This document shows, one piece after another, positions 22,311 through 33,700 of a stretch of 64,000 nucleotides of DNA. Each line of letters starts with the position of its first letter. Positions within the stretch are counted from its first letter, which is position 1. This stretch comes from Owenia fusiformis. Its lineage: Eukaryota. The stretch is from the NCBI GenBank assembly GCA_903813345.2, contig CAIIXF020000001.1, positions 4,650,001-4,714,000 of the forward strand, read 5' to 3'. The notes under the pieces are model-generated. The model saw only the letters and a list, made by a program, of their open reading frames with translations, was not told where the DNA came from and did not search any database. The position numbers were made by a program, and so were the translations under genes.

Positions 22311-25300
22311 AAGACTTTCTTATAACACTACTTGATGAAGAAGATAATATTATATATATTATTTGCTAATTCAAAAGCACTATCACCTACAGTACATACT
22401 ATTTACTGTATATACATTATCATCAATGGAATACTTATGATGACAGCTAAAGATCAACAGGTGCATCTCTATCTGACGAAATCGGATATTGATAATAACG
22501 TTGCTTGAGATTACGTCAAACATGTAGAGGGTGTTTTAACATCTCATACAAACCTAAACATGCCTTGGATGTCCTAGAGTTGTTAATACTGGGATGGTTT
22601 TTACAGTGGAGTATAAGCTCTTAATGCCAGGTATGTAAATTCATTAAATTTATTCTGAAATCATGTTTTTTAAGTTTTGTCCTTTGCTAAATTTTGGAAT
22701 TTCCTTACTTTTTGGTTAGTTAATGAGCTTAGACAGGTTTCTCGGGCATCTGTCCATCAATATGTCCCAAGTCAATATATACTACTTCTTAGTTAATCAT
22801 GTCTATCCATAGTCTGTTTCACCTGTCATCACTATTTTCCAAGTCCTCTCAGTTTTTCAAGAAATCTGCCAGACTATTCAATGGATATATTTGATTTGTA
22901 TAAATCTAGAACTGAATGATTTTAGTTTCAAACATCCTGAATTCTCTGTTTGATCCAGCCAAACTATTTGATGGATCCATTTGAAATTTTTAGGGGTTCT
23001 TTTGATGTGAAGATAAATAATTGACTTGATTCTGGGCATGTCAGCGACTTTGGAATTCATGTCTTTGTATCTAGGTGTTTCCAGCAGTTTAATAATTTTG
23101 TTTTTAATTTTTAGGTATGCTTTGTGGTATGAAATATAACAGCTGATTATTACATTTTGGGGAAGATTGGTAGATTTTAAGGTTGCTGTCTTTAAAATCT
23201 TGTCTCTTCATTGGTGGGGACATGTTGTACACTTTTGTGTTCTTGTTGTTAAATCTATATGTCATATTTCTATTCATATATGGGAAGCATTCATCGTAAA
23301 CTATCAAAATTTTCTGAATAAATAGGTCATACCCAATGTTCACATCTGTACACTTTAATACATCATCAAAATTAATGTTTTCTAACTTTGACTTATAGTC
23401 ATCATGATTTTGTTTTTTCATTAAACGAAAATATTTTTTTTCTGTAATTTGTAAATTAAAGGGCAACTCTTTTACTGCAAAAATAGGAAAATGATCTGAA
23501 ATACCAATCATTATAATTCCTCATTATTTATTATTATTTATTAATGTTAAATGAGTTTGTAAAAATATTATCTATAAGTGTGGCTGTTCTTGATGTTACT
23601 CGAGTAGGTCTATAAATGGTAGGATAAAGTTTAAAGGAATACAAAGTGTTCAAAAAACTGTCCGTTCCTGCATGGTCTGTGTTTAGCTAATTGATATTAA
23701 AATCACCCATAAGAAAAATATCTTTGTTTTCCTGTGAAAGTATTCCTAAAAATTGGCTTAATTCGCGATTAAATATTTCAAGATCGACATCCGGAGGTTT
23801 GTAAACAACTGTTATTAAAGTATTTCTATCATTCTCCTTATTAATTTCAATAGTTATTGCCTGCATATCCTTTCTTATAAAATCCAATAATCTCTCGTTT
23901 CGTTTTATATACAATATTATTCTTAATATAAATGGCCAACTCCACCACCTGTTCGTGCAGTTAAACCATCAATGAAACTTTACCTTGTGATATCTCAGAC
24001 TCGCTCCCTCAAAGTTAACGTCAAGATGATAAATTGTCCCAATATAGATAAGTTTATTTTGAATGCTTTTGCTTTATTTATTTAATGAGTGTTTAGCTGC
24101 ATGGTGCATGATTATTGCTGGATCCATTGCCAAATGTGCTGATTGCTGTAATAAAGGTAAAATGGAAATTGCAAATTTTATTGACGTATTATTTATTGAT
24201 TTATTATTAGTATTTTTCTCAATAGATGTTTCCATTTTTCATACAGGGAGCAACTTCAAAATGTTTCTTAACAATACGGTGATTTTACCTCAAAATTTCT
24301 TTTATTTTAGGAAGATAAGAATCTGTATGGTAAGTGAACACTTTATCTTATGTTTTGAGAAGTTACAGCTTTAAGCTAAAGTGAAAAAGGATGAAAAGTG
24401 CCAAAGAAAAAAAATTCAAAATATTTGATCACGGCAATGTCGGCATATTTTCATTTGAGAAGTTGAGTTGACGATCATTTAGAGTTCTTCCCATAAAGCA
24501 GGTCACTATTTTCGTTGCTTGGGCGGCATGTTGCTGGGTAACGATTTTGGAAGTAACGAATCGTTAATTCCGCAACGCTAATTTCGAACCCTGTCTACAT
24601 GTAAAATAACATCAAATCAACTTTGAAAATTAAATTTTCTTTGAAAAGATGACTTCTAGGTCGGGGAGATTCCCCATAGACCCCATGTTGTAAAATCACA
24701 AAAAGGGAAATATATTTTCTTCAGGTAATATTTTCTTTTACAGGAAATATTTTAATTTGTATAACTATCAGATTCGTAAGAGTGATATGAAAAGTGAACC
24801 ACTATAACTGATGATCATTCAAGTTTCAGGGAATTTTTTAATACCCTGCCATGTTATTTCCCCCGAATCAGCCACCTTGTGGCGAAAGTGGTAACTACCT
24901 ACTCGCATCTAAGTTATTGAACTACACAGTGCATCTAATGTTCCAGTATGACATGGAGAATGATTAATAATTCATTATAATTGGGTTTTTTGGTTTGTAA
25001 AAACTATATTTCAAGAATAAAACATATATACAATTATACATTATACATAGGCCTAATTACATTGTTTAATTTCTGTACAGTTTTTCTTTTTCAAAATAAG
25101 CAAGTATATTTCCAGTTTTGTCGATATTGAAGATTTGTATTGCCCTCCTGGCTATTAACACTTCTTTATAATTCTTATACTTATTAATTCCTATAATTTG
25201 TTCAAAAGTGATATCATCAAAAAATTTCCATATCCCTTATTTTTGTACACTCATAAAAATTATGGGGTTTACGGAAAAGACCGACCCCACCGACCACCGA

Positions 25301-25795
25301 CCGGTCGGTGTTTTCCATAGGTAGCCTCAAAACAGGGTTTGAAAAAATATGTAAAAGACCGACCACTATGTAAAAGACCGACCAAAGACCGTTTCCGGGC
25401 ATTAACTCCAATACCGTTGTCCCAATATTGGCTACAGTAACAAGGCCCCCAGAAGAGAAAAATTCTAAATTCTTAATCACATTCCCGGTCCGGGCAAGTC
25501 CATGAAGTTCGTAAAGTTGTAGCTACGTTCATCCAGTTCGGACACAGTTTAAAACCAGTTCGGCAACGTTTTAAAGAACGCAGTGACAACTTGTTTGGTG
25601 TGATAGCTATATTTGTTAATTAAGCTGCAAACGGAACAGGTTGGTGTACTCACGACCTGAATTTACGCCTGACTGCACAACGTCGTAATACGTTTCTAGT
25701 AGGATTGAAGTTCGCCGTGTGTCCAGATCGTTCTGCGTTCTTTAAAAACGTGGTCACTCGTTCTGATTACTAAGTTCTGGATGACCTACTCGTTC

Positions 25796-26019
25796 CAGGG
25801 GCGGATCTGGGAACCAACAAGAGGGGGGCTCAAACTTCTGGTCTGAGAAAAAAACGTCCTAAAATTTGGCCTAAATTAAAAAATAAGGCCTTAGAAGGCC
25901 CATTTATGACCAAAAAGCCCACTTTTTGGGGCAACAAGGCCTTTTTTGGCTCAAACTTTTTTGGGCCCAATTTTTTTTTCTGGGCCAACCCGAGCCCCCC
26001 CCCCCCAGATCCGCCAGTG
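25796..26019. mobile_element. GGCGGATC-type MITE
   Basis: CAGGGGCGGATCT...AGATCCGCCAGTG; flanks CGTTC/CATTC. Confidence 0.65.
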
Positions 26020-27593
26020 CATTCGGGTAGTTTGATAATGGAGAGGTTAAGCAATGCATATAAACGTATATGTACACAACTTGTACGTATAAATCATCCT
26101 ATACAAATGCATGTAGTTTTCTCACATAAACAATCGTTCAGTTACAGTGTTTACTAATAGTCCGTTACTTAGGGTACACATCCTCGTGTAATACGTTATT
26201 GATAGTTATATAGCTGGTTTTGTATGATGCATACTTTAACAAGCTCGTGTCGTAAAATATTTAAAGCTAAAACATGTATGACATTCATTTTCTTCAGAAA
26301 GCATTTAAGCCAAGCTATTTTGGCCTAAACGCATGTTCGAAGTTATCTTGCGTCAGAAGCAATTAAAAAGATTAATAAAAAGGTATCAACTTTCAGCTGG
26401 CTAGTATTCTCTAACACAGTGGCGTGACCTTACATGACCTTTTAATGTTAATGCTGAGAGCTTAATGTTCAATTATATAGATAAGTTTAATAAGGGAGCT
26501 ATATGATACTGTGCATCGAAATCAAAATTGCCAGCATAGTACCCAATAAACATGAGTATAATGATTCCCGTTGACACCAACGTAAAATTGAAAATCTCCC
26601 GTTGTAAACAGGAAAATAAAGCTGATCTGATATCTGAAGTAGACTAAGTAGCGATTGCTTTTTATGCGTGTGTGGAAGCCCAAGTATACTTGGCTACCCA
26701 ACTATTCTGACTCTTGCCGAAGTGTTCTTACCTGACCCAAGTATTCCGAGTTTGCTAATTTTTTCAAATACACTCGATAGATGTCTTGTTTTTTATTGTG
26801 GTTTGTAACTTTGTACAATCAGCCTCCTCGGTCTTGCTTTGCAGCACAGGTTTCTCATATTACACATGACCTTAGATCTTGTGTCTCATGTTTCCAGTTG
26901 CAAAAAATCTTGATCTATTAAACAGACATAAACATGTTTTCAACTATGTTTTAGAAGTGTTAATGTACTAGTATAGATTATAGTATTAAGCTTTCTCTAA
27001 TCCCGGCATGTTTGTGTTTATAGACTAATAAGAGACTTCTAACATAGATACAGATGAATTCATTTGGTGTATAGGAAAATAAACTACATAAAGAGCGCTG
27101 AGCAGGCTGATATAGTGACCAAGATTTAAATATTGAAAATTCATGTAGCCATATTTACTGAAATTCAAACATATTTTATCTGATAAATTCAACGCTAATT
27201 GAATATTTTTTTGTAGACTCTGACCTTCTCAGGTTTGATGTTTTTGTCAAGCTCAGCCGACTTCTCCTAGAAAGTTTACGAATTACATATGTATTTGCTA
27301 AATGCCAGCGAATAGGTGCACGTTATGGTTAAAGATTTAATTGAAACGCATCAAGGAGTGGGAGTCTACAAGTGGTGACATATTGTTATAGTCTCTAACT
27401 TTTTGTGGACGGCATTCTGTGGTTGGCGTTCGGCGCCTGTAACAAATGCCAGGGACGACATTTTGCATGTTAATGCCTTGTTAAAATATATTGCTGTCAC
27501 TAGCAAAGATGTCATAAAATCGTAACGAGGAAATCATTTTATTACTATTGGATTTTTGTTTTCAGGAATACTCTCATGTTTATTTACACGAAT

Positions 27594-28368
27594 AAAGGAT
27601 CTAGTGCGCCCTCCATTATGATCTCCCCATGAACAAAAATAAATTCATCTGAATTTTCGAAATGAATATACTGCTTTTATTATTACATTTATATGTACAC
27701 TAGTATCCTGTTGACCTATATTCAGCACTGTATTGATGAATGGGCCACTTATTAGGGCCAATATTCAATCATAAAGTGTACAGGGGTAGAGATGCCAAAT
27801 CAGGAAGTATTTTTGTGTCTGTCAAAATCCATTTGCATCCTACACATCCCTACATCTTATCCAAATATGTTATGAATTAATGAAACATAACAGTATAATC
27901 TTTGGATTTACAAAGTTATATGGCATTTCATAAGTGTAAAAGTTGCTTTTGAAGCATTTTTCTATAGCCATTTTGTAAGAAAAAATGATGAAAAAATGTA
28001 TAATCTTTTCATTTGAAGTATCACCTGAATCGATTGCAAACTTTATATTTGCACATCTGATGTGATATACCAGTTTTGTCATATTGTGAAATTATTTAAT
28101 TTGCAATCGATTCAGGCCATAGTGTATTTTAAGTATTTTTGTGAAAATCAATAGAAACCAATGACCTTCATTGGAATCTGATGAAATCAACATCTCGATG
28201 AAACACATACACCCTTGCTGAACTCAATGACCTCAACCTCAGCCCATGTGGGTCCAAATGCTTAGATATTTTCCGAAGTATTATGTGACATTGTGTTCTT
28301 TATGTTACACCTAAAATGAATAATTTTGTTCATGGGGAAATCATAATGGAAAGTGCACTAGATCCTTT
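27594..28368. mobile_element. Kolobok-like non-autonomous TIR element
   Basis: ~50-bp imperfect TIR AAAGGATCTAGTGC..CCATTATGAT.TCCCCATGAACAAAA; TSD not preserved. Confidence 0.65.
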
Positions 28369-28438
28369 GGTCCAAATTTACATAAAAAGTAAAAAGCGCA
28401 CAGAAGATATACAGTGGCTGTAAAAAATACTTACGTTC

Positions 28439-28700
28439 CAGGGACGGATCTGAAAATCAAGAGTTGGGGGTCCTAAATCTGAAAATTTGAGCCCAGTTTA
28501 TAAAAACAGGCTCAACATTAAAATAAATCTTGCTCAGTAATGCCGAGTTGTTACCTTAATTGCTTAATTTATGTGGAGAGGGAAGATTTTTTGCCCTATA
28601 CGTTTTTTTGGCCCTCACTGTTTGGGGCCCTCCAAAGGGGAGGGTCGGGCCCCTCCAAAGGGGAGGGTCGGGCCCCTGTCCTCCACCAGATCGACCATTG
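28439..28700. mobile_element. GGCGGATC-type MITE (diverged)
   Basis: CAGGGACGGATCT...AGATCGACCATTG; flanks CGTTC/CGTTT; internal 22-bp tandem repeat GGGCCCTCCAAAGGGGAGGGTC-like. Confidence 0.55.
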
Positions 28701-30318
28701 CGTTTTACCTTATGTATGATACAACACGCATATTCAATAATAGGGTCCTCCGCCCTTGTTATTTTTCTTAAATCAATGATAGTATGTTTTACATACCGAG
28801 CGGAGGTAGTCATTTATATCATTTATAAAAACATGAGTGGTTTCCAAATTAATTTCAGGAGCCATCTTTTGAATATACGTGGAATCCATTGACAAATGAT
28901 TAAAAAACTAACGCAGACATCTATTGAGTGTATTCGAAAAAATAAGTAAACCCAGAATACTTGGGTCAGGTCAGTATACTTCGGCAAGAATCAGAATAGA
29001 TGGGTAGCCAAGAATACTTGGGCCTTCACATGCGTGCTATATACATTATTGTATTAATTCATTGACTTTGCGTTCACGGTTACGTTGCGAAAAACATCGC
29101 TAGCTTAACCTCTCCAAAGTTTAAACGGACCCTAAACGGTTCTTAGTACGTCAAATCCGTTCGTGCACAGTTAAAGGAGAGGTTAAGCTACCGTATAAAA
29201 TCCAAAACGCAACTTAAACGTATCAATCGCCCCTATACAAATACATGTAGAGTTCACACATAAATAGCCGTTCAGCTCTAGTGTTTGTTTAGACTACACC
29301 ATAGCTTGTAATGATTACATAGTATGCCATTGATGAAGTTCAATAGCTGGTTTTCTAATACATATTTTAAACGAGCTCGTTTCGTAAGATTATTGGAGTT
29401 AAATCATGCGTAACATACATCATCTTCTTCAGAAAGAATTATACTCTGCATCGAAATCAAAATTGCAAGGATAGTATTCAATAGACATGAGTATAATGAC
29501 TCCCGTTGATAGCAACGTGAAATTTAAAATCTCCCGTTCTAAACACGCAACTTTGAAGTTGAACGGGTATCTGAAGTAGACTAAAACGATACAATTCTAT
29601 GTTGATTCAATGTACTTTGCGTTTACGTATACGTTTTGAAAAACCGTATTTGCTTAACCTCTCCAGTGTCCGTTTTCGAGAACGTAGTGAGAACTAGTTT
29701 GGTGTGATAGTAGGGTAAGAGGAGTCCCACTTATTTGAAAAACGAACGCAACTAGTGATTGTGTAAAAAACCGAACGCCGACCAAGCACCGACCTCTCAC
29801 CTCATGGACCCAATTGTGGAGAGTGACTGGTCGGTGGTCGGTGGTCGGTATTTTCCGCAAACCCAAAATTATGTCTTACATTGTCAATAACATTACAATT
29901 CTCGCAAAATGAACTATCTCTAATTCTAAAACGATTTAAAATCTCATTACATGGATATATGTTTTTCCAGTGAATAATTAAGAGTTTGGCATCTACTTTG
30001 CACTTGAAAGCTCTAAGCCAAGTTGCACATGAAATATCCTTACCATTATACTGTAAAATCAATTTTCTTTTATCTGTACATAGTTTTCATTATAATTGGT
30101 GAACAAACCTCCTAAAGTGATTCAATATCCAAAAGTGTTTTCTATCACTTTATTGTTCTGATCAATGAACTCCTCTTTAAAAACTGATGTCTAATGTCTG
30201 TATACAAAAGGTGCAAAAAAACATATTGCGGGTTCTACTTATGGGTAAAAAACAACATATTTGACTTTTGACCATTGACCAAGCAACGCATTGCAAATTA
30301 AAGATATTTGACTGTAAA

Positions 30319-30542
30319 CAGGGCTCTCAGCAGGAAATATTTAGGGTGAGGTTCAAACATCTTCAATATAACAGTTCAATCATGATAAATCATATTTATG
30401 TTATATTTTATAATTTCTACATGCTATTATTGTATGTTGTGCAAACAATCACTATTTGCCAGCTATTTTGCTATTTGGTTGTGGTGCCAGCTAAATAGAC
30501 TGTGGTCCTGTGCCACAGTCTAAAAGCCTGGGGAGAGCCCTG
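30319..30542. mobile_element. hAT-like MITE
   Basis: CAGGGCTCTC..CAGG...CCTGGGAGAGCCCTG; flanks GTAAA/GTACA. Confidence 0.6.
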
Positions 30543-30776
30543 GTACATTATCCTTGAGTTGAAGGATATTTAAAAAATTGTCTTCAAAATGTGCCAAAAA
30601 AGCGTTGTGAAATAATAAGTTGGTGGTGTACTGTACCTTAGTCTTTACATTTTTGGGATAATTTTAATCAAACACTGGAGAGGTCAGTAATGACAATATC
30701 ATGTTTTATTATTTTGATAATAAAAACCTTTAAACCTTAAAACACTATAATCTAATTTGGTATTTTTTCATTTCAG

Positions 30777-33700
30777 GCACGACTTCTTTATAAGATCAAC
30801 ATAGCGCTGCTATTTCTGGTGATCATAGCGCTATGTCTCAACTTCAAGGTGGGGGACTTTCTCACTCGGATCTTCACCAAACTTGAAATTCCTACAGATA
30901 TAGATTCTGAAGAGGTACAGGGTGTCCGGAAAGTAAAGATACAAATGCTCTAATTTTAAGAGATTTACTTGTTTTGAGATTAAATTGCTCCAGAATGTAG
31001 AATGACATTATAAAAATATATCCTGCAACTGTCATGACTTTTAGTTTCAAAATGAAAAAGTTATGGTTGCTATGGTTACAGGAGTCGAGGGTATGTGGAG
31101 CAACGTCACTATAGTGCTTTACAAATCTCTTTCCTGCTCATATAATATTAGCACTACACCATCTATTCCTATGTTATATCAAATTATGTACCACAACAGC
31201 ATCACTGCTACCCGCCTAATTACACAGACGTATCGTCTGTGTATCATGGCGGAACTTCCTCCGGGACTAGGTTTCGGTAAGATTTTTTTATTTCCCGATT
31301 TACACCTACTTATAAGTCACGTTGTAGATAATAATTTGGCTCGAAGTTAAGGAAGATAGTCTAGTTTGAGAATGTGTCGATGGTTTTAGGTTTTATATGT
31401 TAACAAAGACACAATTCACGTATTTAGTCCCTCGCTTTTCTTACACTGACGATCGGCATTAATATTGCCAATATTACACTGATATTGGTCGTAAAATAAT
31501 ATTGGTCTTAAAATAAGAGTATTTGTATCTTTACTTTCCGGACACCCTGTAAGTGAAGAAATATTGTTTTAGAGATATGCACATAGTACCTCCTCCCCCC
31601 ACTGGAGTTCCCCATTATGCCTGCTAATTAATTGTGGTCCCATCCATTAAATTTTATATTTCAAAGTATGATTCTAACCCAGTGAATGCACTTTATTTGC
31701 ACTTAATGTGTCCTGAAATTGGCCAAGTTTCGGAAACTAAAAATTGATCAAGTTTTGTTGAATACCTCCCCAACCAGTTGTGATTATGCATGTGTGTAAT
31801 ACTAAATTGTTGACATTGTTTGTTTATTAGTTATAGCTCAAGTTAAAGTTTTTGTAATGACAGTACTAGCTGTTTTGTTTATTCGGTTCTATGTCCCTAC
31901 TCAAAAAGTGGTGACATATTGTTGGGTCTATCTCTCAGGCTAATTACGTTTATTACAACCGTATATATATACGGGATATACCAAAGCGGTATTGCTCACC
32001 TTCATTGGTAGTAAAATGGTAAACAAAATACAATACAATACAGGATGGGTTAAAATGTGAATATAAAACTTCTGTAATCTATTAGCAACAATCTTATGTA
32101 AAGATTAGTCCATAGAATCTCAGATTTTGGCCTTTTATGGCTCCATGACTTATACAGGGGTCTATTTCACAGACTCGAACTCCCACATTGGATGCATGCT
32201 ATAACTTTTGAAATAAGGGAAATCAAGGTCTAATTTTTCAGATCTTCCGAAATGGTTGGTTTTAAGTATTATGTATTTTATTAAAAAGAAGATCTTGTTT
32301 TTCTCAATTTAAACATATCGAAAGTTTCCTATACACAATATTAACAATTTCTGAAAAGGGATGTATATTGAAATGTGTTAAAGTTAAAAACCACATATCC
32401 CATGTTATTTTCCCATAGGGAAAACTCATGATATCCATTGTTTTCAGCATAATTTTGGTCATCGAAAACTGATATCTTCAAAATAAGACTTTCAATACCA
32501 TTATATTTTTGAAGCTGTTCTAGACCCCTTGTTGAATAATCTTTTCGTGCAATAAAAATCAGAAAAGCGAGATCCTCTTTTGAGTAAATAGGTTCAATAT
32601 TCTGAAAAAAATGTTGACATGAGGTCCCTATTCATGATATTTAGAATTATTCGATTGATATTTTTATCATCATGGGTACTTCACTTGAAAGAAAACATAT
32701 TGTTTTATAAAAAAACACTGTATTTATTCCCAGAAAGTACTCATGGTGAGAAATATGACCGTCTAAAATCACTTGCCATACTGCACGTGGTCTTTTGGGT
32801 CCATTGCCATACCAAATATCAAAAGTCCCCCATCCGAGCCAAGGATCCCCCTCAAGGTCTTTGTATAAAAACCTCCTACCTCATACCCACCTACCAACCT
32901 ACGTGGGACATGATACAGTCATTGATGGGTTCAATTTTAAAGATTTTTAAATCTCAAAATAGCTCTAATTATTAACATTTCTACAATTCCGGCTTTATTT
33001 TATGACTAGACGGATGACAGATCCATAAATAAAGGCATATGGGTGCATAGTAATGTGTAATGACCCGAGGGCGCCCCAGGGGAATAACTAACTAACGACC
33101 GCGAGCATAGGTCCAACAAGCCAGATAAAGAAATCGAAAGAAAGTGTGCTAAATTCGATGCCCCGAGTGGGGATCGAACCCAGCTGGGATGTAGTAGCAA
33201 CTTGCTATCAAGGGTCGTTACAAATGCATCATTCTATAATTCATCATAAATTAAGATTTAATAAACTAAGATCTTTAAAATTGAACCTTTCAAAGACTGT
33301 AGGAGGTTTTTATACAAAGCCCCCCTCAAGGTTTATATACAGTGAACTCCCTGGGAGACTGGAGGGAATGTTTCCACTTCCACATATAGGTTTTGTCATT
33401 TACCTTCTTTAAATGTTGTAATGAGCAATCATTACAAGGTGGAGGAGTTCAGCGTTGGCCCCAAAGTAATTCATTGCATTACATTAGCTGCTATGAAAGC
33501 AGTGATGGGCCGATCTTGAAAGATGGGAAGAGTTGAAATGTCAACACCTCCATAATTGAGGGCAACAGTGTTATGTTTTGGAGAATATCTTTTGTGAAAC
33601 AGCTCATATCATAATTTATTGATGTCGGTTACAAATGTATTTTTGTAATTCTGTTCAACTTAGTATTTATTGTGTCAGGAATCTCTATATTGTTTCCTCT

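Larger units (their letters stand above)
11042..23247 (+). mobile_element. Helentron (endonuclease-encoding Helitron2), apparently full length
   Basis: Subterminal inverted repeat ATGTCCCCACCA (11045-11056) / TGGTGGGGACAT (23212-23223); 5' hairpin 11045-11072; (GTCY)n microsatellite; 3' stem-loop ACAC-TTTT-GTGT followed by CTTGTT; T-rich target; no TSD. Confidence 0.9.
8819..23958 (-). mobile_element. Degenerate L2/CR1-group LINE (APE + RT), 5'-truncated, split by the Helentron
   Basis: APE part 23248-23958 (VYKPP, LMGDFNIN, TLIDNIF, ISDHFPI). RT part 8819-11041 (KPWLT, YRPISLLSVFSKIFEK, QFGFR, FLDLSKAFD, GVPQGSILGP, FADDTN). (TAAA)n/poly-A tail at ~8819-8838. Frameshifts and stops present. 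Confidence 0.9.
26671..29030. mobile_element. Unclassified TIR element with TGT...ACA ends and 6-bp TSD
   Basis: ~115-bp imperfect TIRs (26671-26785, 28915-29030); TGCGTG on both sides (26665-26670, 29031-29036). Confidence 0.8.
25265..29864. mobile_element. Mutator-like (MULE) non-autonomous element with nested insertions
   Basis: Imperfect ~40-bp TIR GGGTTT(A/G)CGGAAAA(G/T)ACCGACC...; exact 9-bp TSD AAAATTATG (25256-25264, 29865-29873); no transposase ORF. Confidence 0.85.
24985..30200 (-). mobile_element. 3' fragment of an L1/Tx1-like LINE (C-terminal CCHC region), split by the Mutator-like element
   Basis: Joining across the TSD restores NEILNRFRIRDSSFCENCNVIDNVRHNF|YECTKIRD (C-x2-C-x7-H-x4-C). 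Outer limits are approximate. Confidence 0.65.

Noticed and set aside
24311-24329. AG|GAAGATAAGAATCTGTATG|GTAAGT as the start-codon exon of fukutin copy 2
   Set aside because: The phase fits, but it lies in repeat-like sequence 6.4 kb upstream with no other support; it needs transcript data.
33150-33200. tRNA gene
   Set aside because: Only a B-box/T-arm-like piece is present, with no cloverleaf; kept as a possible SINE remnant.
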